Below are positions 27,255 through 37,981 of a stretch of DNA of 47,816 nt, one piece after another. Within the stretch, counting starts at the first letter, position 1; every line of letters begins with the position of its first letter. A model generated the notes under the pieces. It was given only the letters and a program-made list of their open reading frames with translations. It was not told the DNA's origin and did not search any database. The position numbers were made by a program, and so were the translations under genes. Source of the DNA: Candidatus Woesearchaeota archaeon (GTDB lineage Archaea; Nanobdellota; Nanobdellia; SCGC-AAA011-G17; GW2011-AR18); NCBI GenBank assembly GCA_018302765.1, contig JAGVZG010000007.1, forward strand, positions 1 through 47,816, given 5' to 3'.

Positions 27255-30200
27255 GCTACTGGAATTATATTAACTCCTGAACTTTTTAGAGCTGAGATTG
27301 TAGGTGATATGCCACAGCTGCTGCTTGCGCCAGTCCAAATTTGATATTGTGGAAGTGAAGGCAAATAATTAAACGGGTCTCTTCTATAGCTTGGTTTTTC
27401 TACATCAGGACTAAAGTTGGAGTTATAGTATATCTTTAAGTCGAGATGCGGTTGTCCTAATGCTACGCCTGTATCTCCACTTTTTCCAATAATATATCCC
27501 TGTGTTACGCTATCGCCTTTTTTGACATTTAACTTGGACAAATGGCTGTATCTTGTATAAGTGCCATCACTATGTTTTGTAATTACATTATTTCCATAGC
27601 TTCCACAGCACTTTGGATCTGTAGTGCATCCACTACAAAGAAATTGAACAACTCCGTCATTGATAACTTTGACATCTGTACCTACAGTTGCCCTAAGGTC
27701 CATTCCGTCATGCCAGTCACTAGTTCCTCTCTTACCATAACAAGAAGTAATTACAATGCTTCCATCTAAAGGCCATATTCTAGATGACATAGCGCTAATA
27801 GTTGAAGTAGCCGTAGATTGCTTTTCTAGGTTGTCATAAAAGTTTCTTACGTCTTTAGAATAAATATGAGCATTGGTTGTTACAGGTATACTGCCTGCTG
27901 TTTTTATTTGAGTTATAATGCCTCTTCCAGCTTGGTAAGTTGCTGCAAGATTTTCAACAGTTACAGCTACTTTATCTGACTCCAGCCTTTTTTTAGATTC
28001 TTCAAGATACTTGGCTAAAGTTTCTATGGCTTTTGCATCATTAAATCTCTCATCTTCATTAGCAAGCTGAGCGTCATTAGTAATGCTATTCATGTAGTTT
28101 TTTAATGCAATAGTATAACTTGAATCAATTGTTTTTCCAGATGGATCTTTTTTGCATGCATTTGGCTCTTGGTTGTAAGAATTAATTGTGCAATTTGGAG
28201 ATCTACAGAAAGTTACAGCTATGCCTTTAGTAGGATCAGTTACAGGATCTTTTATATTTGTAAGGCCTGTTTCTTTTGCAGTATCAGGCCTTAATTGGAC
28301 AATTCCAGCAGCCCCAGCACAAGAAACATCTCTTGTCTTCCAGTCTGTTTCTCTTTTTATAATTGATTTTAATAAGAAATAATTATTAAGCCCAGATCCA
28401 AGTCCAAAGTCATATTTATTTGCTATGTTGTATATTATTGGAGATAAGTCAATTTCTTTCTTTTTTGGACTGCTTGACGTGTATACTGCTGTTGTCGCAG
28501 TAATGGTTGTTGCCCCTCCACCAGGAACTGTTGAGGGTACAGTAATTCTTACAACTCTTGTAAGTCTTGGCTGAACTTTTTTTGCTTTTTGAACTAGGCT
28601 TCTTATTGAATTTATTATATTATTTCTTTCTTCATTTAATGCTCTTAACAGTGACTGTCCATTGCTCGCGCTTATTATTCCAGCAGTTCCAGCTTTATCT
28701 TCTAGTTCTGCCTTTAATTCATTGCTTATTTTTAGATCATCAATCTTTACAGAAGACATATCAAGCCAGCATTCACCTCTTGATTTTCCCTTTTCATCAT
28801 TTCCGCAACTTCCAACATTATTCCATCTTCCAAGTTCTTGTGTAGGTTGGCCAGCACTGCAAACACGTATAATACCTCTGCTATACAAATTAGATTCTAT
28901 TATATTAGAAGTTAATATGCCACTAGTAATTGCTCCTGCTTGCGGCGTCAGTATTTCTAAAGGACCTCCTGCCCCTGATGCTGTTTGGCTAATACCTAAA
29001 GCTCCAACCTTAAGAGCAGAGTAACCTTTGGTTTTTGGAGTATCTGGAACGCATTCTTCTGCTGAATTTATTTCCTTCTTTGTTGCTTGGCTATTTATTA
29101 CATCTTTTAATTCACTTAATCCAAAAGAAGTACTTACTCTTCCAAATCCACACTGTTCAATTCCATTGATATTAACACATACTTGGTTGTAGCCTTTTTT
29201 TCCTATTTTCTGAACAGATTGCTGTGCATACTTTCCTTGTTCTATTCTGCCTTGAAGCTGAGCAAAATCTCCAGGGAAAGTTACGTAAATAGGAGGATAT
29301 CCTGCTTCTCTGTTTACCAAATACACAGAATAAGAAACTGGTTGTGGTCCTTGAGATTGAGTTCCAGGTGCAAACAAACTCTGCGGTTGCGAATAACTTC
29401 CCTGATAAAAGCCAGTACCTGCATATATATGATAAAAAACATTGTATAATGATAAATCTTGAGTTCCTATTGGAACACCAACCACGCCACTAGACTCTCC
29501 AGGAGCTGCGTATCCTGTTTCATCAAAGAAAGCTGTAAATTGTGGAGGATTTTCTGGTTCTGTAAGCTGGTCCAGTATCTTACCTATAGAAGGTAATTTT
29601 CCATTAACACTTAGTCTGCAAATTTGAGATCCTATTTCTTCTGTAGATTGTGACAAAAATTGCGCTGTGTATGTTGTCTTGTACTCTTCTGTAAATACTT
29701 TTACACTGCTTCCAACGTTTTCTAAGCTACTCTGGAATCTAAGATATTCACCGCCTCCTTGTGGCTCTCCAGTTAATTTTCCAGCAGCCCAGTCTATTAC
29801 CCCACCGCTGATGCTTAGTAAATTATATGCTTCCTTCCACATCATTTCACATATTCCAACAGATCTTATATAATCACATATTCCAACATTCTTTCCTTGT
29901 TTTAGATTAATTTCTAGACAGTTTGCATATCCTTCTAAAATACTTTTAATATTTTTTAGACCAGCATCTACTCCTGTTAAGCATATAGGAACTGCTATTC
30001 CTTCCTTAATATTAGGAGCGCATAGCAATAAAGAACCTATAATTCCAGATTGTATAACATTTCTTTCTGGAACTCTTCCTCCAAGATCGCACCTAGAACT
30101 GGGACACATTACAGGATCACAGAAATTAAATAACCATTTGCAATCCTGAGGATCCATAACGTCAATACATTTAGGATTTGCTAATGTATTAAGTTTTTCA

Positions 30201-33200
30201 CCTGAAGATAAATCACAAATAACTTGACGGTTGTCAACAGTTCCTACTCTTTCTTTATCCCTTGCAGTTCCAGGAAGATTTTTTGTACATCTTTTTAAAT
30301 TTTCACCAATTTGTATAGCCCTATTTTTCTTTTCTATATTAACTTTGTCAAGTGATGTTTGATCTCCGCCAGGAGCAATAAGGTCATCTCCACCGCCGCA
30401 TTCCATAAGGCTATTACTACCAACGTTCATAATTCTTATTGTTTTAATAAGATCGTTGCCGTATCTAGGATCTAATACCATTGCGTATTCTCCTTTTCCA
30501 ATAGGGTAACAGTAAACTAGCCCATCATTGTTGTATCTGGCAGTTAAATCACCATAAGCATAAGCTGTATTCAAGAATCCTGTTGAAATATCGGTAACTG
30601 TAGAATAATATTCTTTAGGAGTACATTTGCTTCCAAAAGTAAAGGTGCTCCACTCGCCGTCATATCTCTGGCACATAATAGGATCTTTGTTTAGCGTATC
30701 AAGTCCGCCAGCACCTGAATTCATCTGTGTGTAAAAACTTTCGTCTATAAATATTTGTAAGCCTGATTTGTAAGCAGGCACTTGTTTCATTTGTTGTACT
30801 GTATTTGTAAGTAATTGATTGCTTGTTGCAGTTGTTGTGCCTTTAACAGTACATATTTTAAGTCCGTCATTCCATTCGCCATTTTCTATTTTTTTCTCAC
30901 ATATATTCTTGTTTATAGCATCAGGAAGTACATAGTCTATTACAAATAAATCATATTCACTTAATCCTCTGACTTTGATACCTTGCAATGCGCTTGTAGA
31001 TATTGATGGAGCAGGCACAAGTACCTCTCCAGCCCAGCTGCCTGGATTTTTGTTTGTAATTTCAAGACTTTGTACCAAGTTAAGGTTTTTGTTGTCTTTT
31101 GACTTAACACTTTTAAGTGCCAGCATAATTTTTTTTATATGTTCTGAGTTATTTTCATCGTAAGCATCTCCGGTTCTTTTTGCATATTCTTTTGATTTAT
31201 TGTACAGGTCTACTTTCTCAAGTACTCCAATTTGTGTTGATTTGTCTTTTGCATATTCAACATATTTAGAGCTTAAAGTAGTGTCTGCTTGTATCTTGGC
31301 ATATAATAAGCAGTCACGATATTCTTTCACTATATCTTGTTGGTTTTCTCCCATGCTGGCTTCTTTAAATTCTTTAAAGCTGCCGCATACAGTTTCCTCG
31401 CTTGGTGATGCAATAGTTGTGGCTGCAAGATCATCTGCATTTTTTCCCTTTATTTTGTTGTTTATCTCATCCATGTATTTTTCAACTTTATCTGTAGATG
31501 ATTTTATTTCATTGGAATAATGATTAAGGCACGAATCTACAGTATTGAATTCTGGATGTAATGAATTGCTGCCTTCTGTCATCTCTTTTTGGCATCTTGA
31601 CTTAAAGAATTCTGATATACTTCTTCTAGCTATATTTCTGGTTCCTGTAAATGAATTCTTTATTGTTAGAAAAGCAAAAACTCCCAGGCACACTTTCTTA
31701 AGTAAAGATATATATTCATCTAATTTTTTTATTATTTTGTCTAGATCATTAATTAGATCTTTGGTTGTTTTTATTTGTGATTCTAGCTGTTCAGGAGTCC
31801 ATTTAAATGGTCTTGGGTCAATAGGTATATGTACTCTGAAACTGGAAGTTGTAAATGCTTTTCCAGCACCAGGCGTTATTGTAATATAAGCTTCGTACTT
31901 AGATTCTATTCTATTGACTACTATATGTTTTGTTAGTGCTGGTCTAATTGGCTGGTTTAAATTATTTAAGGGAGGAAAATCCATCTCTATAGATGACAGC
32001 TCTTCCAGTTTTAGCGTTCTTGATGTTTCTCCAATTGCTTGATACTTTCCATTTCTAAGGTCTTTGTATAAACTAATAGAAACAACACTTGGATTAACGC
32101 TATCTATACGCCAGACATAATTTGCGCCTGTAAGGTCTCTGTATTTTACACTTTTAAGTTCGCCTAAATCTATTACTTCGCCTTGTCTAAAAGTTTTTTC
32201 AATAAAAGATCCAGATACAGAATCATCCAGTAATCTTATGTTTACAGAAGGTTTTTCTTCAGACAGCGTTATTGTTCTTATTAATTTTAAAGATACACCT
32301 TCATCATCCAAATAATCATCTCCTCCAATAGAACCAAACCTTCCTATGATTTCATCTCTTTCACCTAGCTGGTCTGCATAATAAAGTGCCAAATCTTGCA
32401 TCTCAAACTCAAATTCCTTGCAAGCCTGAATTTCATCAGGAGTTGCTGAGCCAGCTAATTCTTTAGTGCATGCTTTAAATTCAATAAGCTGATCCCTATA
32501 AATTTCCTTTAAATCACTAGTGGCATCTTTAGCTTCTTTTGATCCAGGATATTTTTTAATTAATTCCTTATATTTTTTTACAGCTAAGCATGCAGCATCA
32601 TTTGGATCTATATAAGGATTAGTGCCACCGCAGTATTTGTTTGTTTCATAAAATTCTACAAGATTTGCGCCTATTGATTTGTAGTCATATTTTAAAGCCT
32701 TGCCATCGCTTGTTGCTATAATTTTTCTGCTTATTGTTTTGCGTTCACCGCTAAGCTGGTTCTCTAGTATCATTGTATGAGTAAACACAGTAGGATTAAG
32801 CCCGTTATTGATGAATGCAGCAATATTGCTCTTCTGCTGTGGGCTTAATTTAAAGTCAAACGTAATTTTATCTAAATTATTTGTTGCTATCTGCTCTGTT
32901 ATAGTATTGCTTATTGACGTAAGTATCCAATTAGATCCAGGATACAATCTTCCTTTGACAGGAACATTTCTAAGAATATTTTTTCCATTTATTCTAAATT
33001 CTATTTCAGCCTTGTCTCCAGGTACTGAAACATCATTAAGCCTTATCTGAAATAAGTCTGTTAGTGGATTTCCGCTATACATAAAAGATAATGGTCCAGA
33101 TGTTTCGCCTTTATTTAATCTTATTATTGTGTTTGGAGTTACTCCTGTAGTACTTGGAGAAGGTGTTGGAGTATATAATGATAAAGGAAATAAATTTCTA

Positions 33201-34024
33201 TTGTAAACCTGTAAAGTTACGCTGTCTGGAGTTATCCTTGTTGCTCTTATAAAACCTTTTCCTGTGAAGAAAGAATAGCCTTCTTTGTTTTTTATAAATT
33301 CTTGTTCATTATCAAATTGTTTTAAAGTTAAGTCCTGTTCTGATATTCCAGACAAGCCGCTATCTTCTAATCTTAAGTATATTTTAGAACTAAGATCAAG
33401 ATCTACAGAATTATCTGAAGGCGTCTGGTTTTCATTCTCAATCTTCTTAAGATAAACAACAAGATAGCCAAGATTGTTTAATGAGTATTTATCCTTTCTT
33501 GGAGTAATATAAAGAGGATTTCCTCTTATGTATTTGGAATCTTGTGAAGTAGCATTAGGAAAAACAGAAATATAATCAATAGGTGGAATATTATCTACTC
33601 CAGACAAAGGATCAGTAGCTATATCTTCTCCTGTAACAAAACTCAATAAATTTCCTGCAGTTATGCCTCTTAAATATATAAAAACAGGAATGTCTTGTTG
33701 TTCTAAAAGAGATTGTCTGACTTGCTTTGGTTCATAGTCAGCAACTTCCATAATTATTGCTTCCCCTAAATACTGTTCAGGGCCAAGACCAAAGCCGCCT
33801 GTAGAACGTTTTATAGCATCTTGCAGTGGATTATTATAAACAAACCCGCCAAAATTTCCCCCAAGATAAGGATCTGTTTGTCTGCTTGCAGGAACTGCAT
33901 AAGGTGTAGCAAATAAAGATTGATCTTGAACAACGCCAGAGTCGCTTGTAACTGCAAATACAATTGGCATACTGACTATTAAGAACGTACAAAAAACTGT
34001 TATAAATAATTTGTTCATATTCAT
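27251..34024 (-). CDS. 2257-aa secreted protein with C-terminal lytic transglycosylase (SLT) and M23 peptidase domains
   Basis: Signal peptide. SLT: IIKRET...AGAAGIVQL...ATYQAG. M23: HDGMD, YSHL, PHLD. Central Cys-rich CDPVMCPSSRC region. Confidence 0.85.
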   Translation of the reverse strand: MNMNKLFITVFCTFLIVSMPIVFAVTSDSGVVQDQSLFATPYAVPASRQTDPYLGGNFGGFVYNNPLQDAIKRSTGGFGLGPEQYLGEAIIMEVADYEPKQVRQSLLEQQDIPVFIYLRGITAGNLLSFVTGEDIATDPLSGVDNIPPIDYISVFPNATSQDSKYIRGNPLYITPRKDKYSLNNLGYLVVYLKKIENENQTPSDNSVDLDLSSKIYLRLEDSGLSGISEQDLTLKQFDNEQEFIKNKEGYSFFTGKGFIRATRITPDSVTLQVYNRNLFPLSLYTPTPSPSTTGVTPNTIIRLNKGETSGPLSFMYSGNPLTDLFQIRLNDVSVPGDKAEIEFRINGKNILRNVPVKGRLYPGSNWILTSISNTITEQIATNNLDKITFDFKLSPQQKSNIAAFINNGLNPTVFTHTMILENQLSGERKTISRKIIATSDGKALKYDYKSIGANLVEFYETNKYCGGTNPYIDPNDAACLAVKKYKELIKKYPGSKEAKDATSDLKEIYRDQLIEFKACTKELAGSATPDEIQACKEFEFEMQDLALYYADQLGERDEIIGRFGSIGGDDYLDDEGVSLKLIRTITLSEEKPSVNIRLLDDSVSGSFIEKTFRQGEVIDLGELKSVKYRDLTGANYVWRIDSVNPSVVSISLYKDLRNGKYQAIGETSRTLKLEELSSIEMDFPPLNNLNQPIRPALTKHIVVNRIESKYEAYITITPGAGKAFTTSSFRVHIPIDPRPFKWTPEQLESQIKTTKDLINDLDKIIKKLDEYISLLKKVCLGVFAFLTIKNSFTGTRNIARRSISEFFKSRCQKEMTEGSNSLHPEFNTVDSCLNHYSNEIKSSTDKVEKYMDEINNKIKGKNADDLAATTIASPSEETVCGSFKEFKEASMGENQQDIVKEYRDCLLYAKIQADTTLSSKYVEYAKDKSTQIGVLEKVDLYNKSKEYAKRTGDAYDENNSEHIKKIMLALKSVKSKDNKNLNLVQSLEITNKNPGSWAGEVLVPAPSISTSALQGIKVRGLSEYDLFVIDYVLPDAINKNICEKKIENGEWNDGLKICTVKGTTTATSNQLLTNTVQQMKQVPAYKSGLQIFIDESFYTQMNSGAGGLDTLNKDPIMCQRYDGEWSTFTFGSKCTPKEYYSTVTDISTGFLNTAYAYGDLTARYNNDGLVYCYPIGKGEYAMVLDPRYGNDLIKTIRIMNVGSNSLMECGGGDDLIAPGGDQTSLDKVNIEKKNRAIQIGENLKRCTKNLPGTARDKERVGTVDNRQVICDLSSGEKLNTLANPKCIDVMDPQDCKWLFNFCDPVMCPSSRCDLGGRVPERNVIQSGIIGSLLLCAPNIKEGIAVPICLTGVDAGLKNIKSILEGYANCLEINLKQGKNVGICDYIRSVGICEMMWKEAYNLLSISGGVIDWAAGKLTGEPQGGGEYLRFQSSLENVGSSVKVFTEEYKTTYTAQFLSQSTEEIGSQICRLSVNGKLPSIGKILDQLTEPENPPQFTAFFDETGYAAPGESSGVVGVPIGTQDLSLYNVFYHIYAGTGFYQGSYSQPQSLFAPGTQSQGPQPVSYSVYLVNREAGYPPIYVTFPGDFAQLQGRIEQGKYAQQSVQKIGKKGYNQVCVNINGIEQCGFGRVSTSFGLSELKDVINSQATKKEINSAEECVPDTPKTKGYSALKVGALGISQTASGAGGPLEILTPQAGAITSGILTSNIIESNLYSRGIIRVCSAGQPTQELGRWNNVGSCGNDEKGKSRGECWLDMSSVKIDDLKISNELKAELEDKAGTAGIISASNGQSLLRALNEERNNIINSIRSLVQKAKKVQPRLTRVVRITVPSTVPGGGATTITATTAVYTSSSPKKKEIDLSPIIYNIANKYDFGLGSGLNNYFLLKSIIKRETDWKTRDVSCAGAAGIVQLRPDTAKETGLTNIKDPVTDPTKGIAVTFCRSPNCTINSYNQEPNACKKDPSGKTIDSSYTIALKNYMNSITNDAQLANEDERFNDAKAIETLAKYLEESKKRLESDKVAVTVENLAATYQAGRGIITQIKTAGSIPVTTNAHIYSKDVRNFYDNLEKQSTATSTISAMSSRIWPLDGSIVITSCYGKRGTSDWHDGMDLRATVGTDVKVINDGVVQFLCSGCTTDPKCCGSYGNNVITKHSDGTYTRYSHLSKLNVKKGDSVTQGYIIGKSGDTGVALGQPHLDLKIYYNSNFSPDVEKPSYRRDPFNYLPSLPQYQIWTGASSSCGISPTISALKSSGVNIIPVA

Positions 34025-36057
34025 GCTATTTCTGGTTCTCTAAATAATGGATTATCTTTATTACTGTCAATTTCAATCTGTATTCTTTGCAATTCATCTA
34101 AATTTGAAGGTATGTTTGAAGATAAAACATACAAGTTTAATGGTTTATCATTAGACAATTCTTCTCTTTTAAACTCATGCTCAAAGTTTGTTGCTCCTCC
34201 TGTCAATATAGTATCAAATTCCATTTCATCAGTCTCAGTAGTTTGACAGACTTGTTTTTTATTGAAAAATCCAAATAGGCCAAAGTCTCTTGAGTCTATG
34301 CAAGTCTCTATTTTCTCTTTAGGTATACTAATTTTATAAGTGCTGCTATTCCTTAATATGTAAGAGTTCATTGAATATGTTCCAGCTAATAATTGTATTT
34401 GATTATCTTCACTAGGATAAATATATGTTGTCTGGTAGTTAGCTTCTTTATGTGCAAATTGGAAGTTAATCTGTTCTGTACTATAAGGCTCCCTAATTTT
34501 GCCAGTGTTCTTTTCTACTACAAACACATTTACTTTTTTATTATGCAATGGTTCAAGTTCAACTATTGCCACATCTGGAGTATTCTTATCGTTTGAAGAG
34601 TATATTGTTTTTTGCACCTGCTTGTAACCTTCTTTAAAGCCTTCTATAATACCATTAAAACATAAAGGAACTTTTGCATCAGTCACTGCACTTCCATCTT
34701 TATTCAGTTTTGATGACTCTAAAGAACAGCTGGCAGGGAAGCACTTGAAATTTAAACTAACATTTTCTAACTGTATAAAAGTGCCTTCTTGATTTACAAA
34801 ACCAGTGACTATTTTAACATCTTTTTGAGGATATCTGCATATAGGAGATTCAGAATCTGGCAAATCTAAAATTTCTTTTCTATTTTCTCTTGGTCTGTTA
34901 TTGTCTATAATAACCTCAGTCGCAAATTGAAATATAAAGCCATTGTTATCTATTAAGCTAATTAAAACAGGATATTTTATATCATAAACAAATCTATGTT
35001 GATTAAGGCAAAAGAAGGATGACATTATAGTTGATATAGGACCACCAGCATTTTTAGAAATTAAGTCACTTCTTAGTATATTTCCTTCAGAAGGTGTTAT
35101 CTCAACTACTGTAGGCCAGTTTGGTATGTACATTAAATTTACAGTCACACTGCTATCTTTATTTTCTAAAGCATCAAACTCAAGATATTTTAATTTTTCA
35201 TCATTTAGTTTGTAATTTGTGCCTTTAATGTGCATGGCAGCCACATTTTCAAATAAGATATTTTTTAGTTTTCTTTCAACATCACTTTTTAGCCATACAT
35301 TTTCTCTGCAAGATAAATCTGTGCCGCTAAAAGGCACTTCTGGATCATAAGCTACAAGTGTATCTATTGTTTTGCTTTCGAGGAAATAATTTTCATTTTC
35401 TTTTGTTAATATCTGCTTTGCCATGTTATAGAGCTTTCCTAAACCAGAGTCTATGTCTGCTCTATGTTGCGACAATGTAAAATTAGTGTCACTTATTTTT
35501 ACATTAATTGGAAAATTTACTATAGCTGATATTTTTCCATCCCCAAATTCTACACTTGGCTTGGGAATTCCACTGGCACTAATCAAGTAACCTTTTTCTT
35601 CATAATTTGTTAAATTAAATACACAAGAGCCAAAATTTTCTAATAGATAGTTCTCTATCTCATTTTCAATATCTGTTTTAGTTGGCACATTTAATTCTTG
35701 TATACCATTGCCTCTTTCCCTAAACCAGACAGCAGTTTTAAAATCAGAACCAGGAATTATTTCCAAATTATTTCCAAGAGGAGTAAATTCTGTATTTGGA
35801 ATACTATCTTCTTTTAAATTTATATAGCCCCCCTGCAATCCTATAGTAATAACTGCATCTTTTGTAATTTGTGTAACACAGCTATCTAAAGAATCTTGTA
35901 GTGGTCTTACTTGCTGTGGTATTGTTGTACGCTCAGTTGATATTCTTTCAAATAAATCAGTAAGAACGTCTCTCTTAATGATTATGAGACTTATAGCAAC
36001 AATAAGAACTATTAGTCCTATAATTATAAAAACAGCTGCCTGACCTCTTTTTCTCAT
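34021..36057 (-). CDS. class III signal-peptide (pilin-like N-terminus) protein, 678 aa
   Basis: MRKRG/QAAVFIIIGLIVLIV prepilin-type cleavage site and hydrophobic helix. Confidence 0.75.
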   Translation of the reverse strand: MRKRGQAAVFIIIGLIVLIVAISLIIIKRDVLTDLFERISTERTTIPQQVRPLQDSLDSCVTQITKDAVITIGLQGGYINLKEDSIPNTEFTPLGNNLEIIPGSDFKTAVWFRERGNGIQELNVPTKTDIENEIENYLLENFGSCVFNLTNYEEKGYLISASGIPKPSVEFGDGKISAIVNFPINVKISDTNFTLSQHRADIDSGLGKLYNMAKQILTKENENYFLESKTIDTLVAYDPEVPFSGTDLSCRENVWLKSDVERKLKNILFENVAAMHIKGTNYKLNDEKLKYLEFDALENKDSSVTVNLMYIPNWPTVVEITPSEGNILRSDLISKNAGGPISTIMSSFFCLNQHRFVYDIKYPVLISLIDNNGFIFQFATEVIIDNNRPRENRKEILDLPDSESPICRYPQKDVKIVTGFVNQEGTFIQLENVSLNFKCFPASCSLESSKLNKDGSAVTDAKVPLCFNGIIEGFKEGYKQVQKTIYSSNDKNTPDVAIVELEPLHNKKVNVFVVEKNTGKIREPYSTEQINFQFAHKEANYQTTYIYPSEDNQIQLLAGTYSMNSYILRNSSTYKISIPKEKIETCIDSRDFGLFGFFNKKQVCQTTETDEMEFDTILTGGATNFEHEFKREELSNDKPLNLYVLSSNIPSNLDELQRIQIEIDSNKDNPLFREPEIA

Positions 36058-36183
36058 ATTTTTAAGTTGTTTTATTGAATATATAAAAGTACCGCAACAT
36101 AACTAAAAATACAAAAATTAACACAAAAATATCCATTTTATTGATTAGGAAACTTTTTAAAAGCATTATTTTATCCAAACTGT

Positions 36184-36378
36184 ATGGCTAAGAGAATTCA
36201 TACAAGAAGATTGCGTTACATTCCTAAAGGTTCTGAAAGAAATAGAGCTAAAAGGCTAAAAACATTTAGTACAGAAGAAGCAGCAAAAATATATGCTGAA
36301 CGTTTAAGCTTAAAAAACTATAAAATACAAAGAACTAATTTCGGCCTAGGGAAAAAATTTAAGATTGTTCTAGAATGA
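36184..36378 (+). CDS. small basic hypothetical protein
   Basis: 64 aa, KTFSTEEAAK; ATGA overlap with the Nudix gene. Confidence 0.6.
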   Translation: MAKRIHTRRLRYIPKGSERNRAKRLKTFSTEEAAKIYAERLSLKNYKIQRTNFGLGKKFKIVLE

Positions 36379-36896
36379 AAATAATTTCTCAATATGAAGA
36401 AGATGAGTTTCTTGATTTAGTTAATGATAATGATGAAGTCATAGGTAAAGAAAAGCGTTCAATAGTTTATTCTTCAGGTTTAAACAATTACAGAGTTATA
36501 AATGGTTTTGTAGTTAATTCAAAAGGGCAATTATGGATCCCTAGAAGGACAGCAACAAAGAAAATATTTCCTCTAGGATTAGATATGAGTTTTGGCGGTC
36601 ATGTAGGAGCTGGAGAAACTTATGATAAATCTTTCAAAAGAGAAGTAGAAGAAGAATTGAATATAAATACAGATTCAATAAAATGGATTTCTAAAGGCAA
36701 ATTAACTCCTAATGATGGAGTTTCTTCATTTATGAAAATCTATGAAATTAAGTTAGAAGAAATAAAAAATTACAATAAAGAAGATTTTATTGGTTACGAA
36801 TGGCTCCATCCTGCAGAAGTTATAGCAAAAATAGAAAACGGAGATAAAGCAAAAGATGACCTTCCTAAAATTATTAAAATATTTTATTTAGAATGA
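36375..36896 (+). CDS. Nudix hydrolase (IPP-isomerase-like/YfcD subgroup)
   Basis: GGHVGAGETYDKSFKREVEEELNI Nudix box. Confidence 0.88.
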   Translation: MKIISQYEEDEFLDLVNDNDEVIGKEKRSIVYSSGLNNYRVINGFVVNSKGQLWIPRRTATKKIFPLGLDMSFGGHVGAGETYDKSFKREVEEELNINTDSIKWISKGKLTPNDGVSSFMKIYEIKLEEIKNYNKEDFIGYEWLHPAEVIAKIENGDKAKDDLPKIIKIFYLE

Positions 36897-36951
36897 AAAA
36901 TTTTTCATATTTTTCTTAGAAGTCTTATAAATCTAAAAATAAAAATTACTT

Positions 36952-37248
36952 ATGAGAAAAATACAAATAAATATGGATTGGAGTGTTGTATTTTGGTTGG
37001 GTGTATTAACAGTTTTTCTTTGGTTGATAGCTAAAGCTGTTGGTTTAATACACACGCCACAGTATATTGAAGCCATTCTATATATTGGTGGTTTAGTTGC
37101 TATAGGTGCGATAGTTAAGTCATTTGGTAAATATGCACAAAAAATAGATACTTTGCTTTTTGATGTAAAAGAAATAAAATTAGATCTGAAAGAATTAAGA
37201 TCAAGAAGCGAAAATCATGAGATAAGATTGGTAAGATTAGAAACATAA
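36952..37248 (+). CDS. small membrane protein with C-terminal coiled coil
   Basis: Two TM segments followed by a leucine heptad tail. Confidence 0.6.
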   Translation: MRKIQINMDWSVVFWLGVLTVFLWLIAKAVGLIHTPQYIEAILYIGGLVAIGAIVKSFGKYAQKIDTLLFDVKEIKLDLKELRSRSENHEIRLVRLET

Positions 37249-37290
37249 TATCCTTTAAACTTAAATATACCTGTAATTTCCTAGAATTTT

Positions 37291-37785
37291 ATGAAACAAG
37301 ATTTCTTAAAAATAAGGGAATTTTTAGACAGCAATAAAGTTCAGTATGAAATAATAGAGCACGAACCTGTATACACAAGTGAAGATGCTGCTCGTGTAAG
37401 AAATGCAGACTTAAAGATAGGGGCAAAATCCATGGTTATTAGAAGTGAAGGTAAATTCTACAACTTCGTATTAAGTGCAGCCAAGAAAATAGACTGGTTA
37501 AAAGTGAAATCAATTTTACATACCAAAAGCGCCAGTCTAGCATCTCCAGAAGAAGTTCTAAATGCAATTAATTGTGAGATTGGAAGTGTTCCCCCTTTTG
37601 GAAATTTATATAACATAAAACTATATTGCGATCCTTCGTTATTGGAAAATGAAGAAATAGAATTTAATGCTGGTTTGCACACAATATCTATAAGGATGAA
37701 GTCTAAAGACTGGAAAAATCTAGTTAACCCTGAAATTATTGACTTCACAAAAAAAATAAAAATTATTTCTCTACATCATCCATAA
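37291..37785 (+). CDS. YbaK/ProX aminoacyl-tRNA deacylase
   Basis: HEPVYTSEDAA, GAKSM, GSVPPFG, FNAG. Confidence 0.9.
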   Translation: MKQDFLKIREFLDSNKVQYEIIEHEPVYTSEDAARVRNADLKIGAKSMVIRSEGKFYNFVLSAAKKIDWLKVKSILHTKSASLASPEEVLNAINCEIGSVPPFGNLYNIKLYCDPSLLENEEIEFNAGLHTISIRMKSKDWKNLVNPEIIDFTKKIKIISLHHP

Positions 37786-37981
37786 AATAGATTCTACCAT
37801 CTACTTCAACTGGGCTACCCAAAACACCAGAATATACTAAGTCTTCTAAACTAACTGTTGGTCTTACTGTTCCTAAATCTATTTGTACTGGTCTAACTTC
37901 AGAACCGTAATATGCACCTTCAGCTCTAATTCCGTCTTCATAATTGAAAGACGATACTCTTTTATTATATCCATTATCCAT
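37763..37981 (-). CDS. small hypothetical protein
   Basis: 72 aa, GGAGGT SD upstream. Confidence 0.55.
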   Translation of the reverse strand: MDNGYNKRVSSFNYEDGIRAEGAYYGSEVRPVQIDLGTVRPTVSLEDLVYSGVLGSPVEVDGRIYFMDDVEK

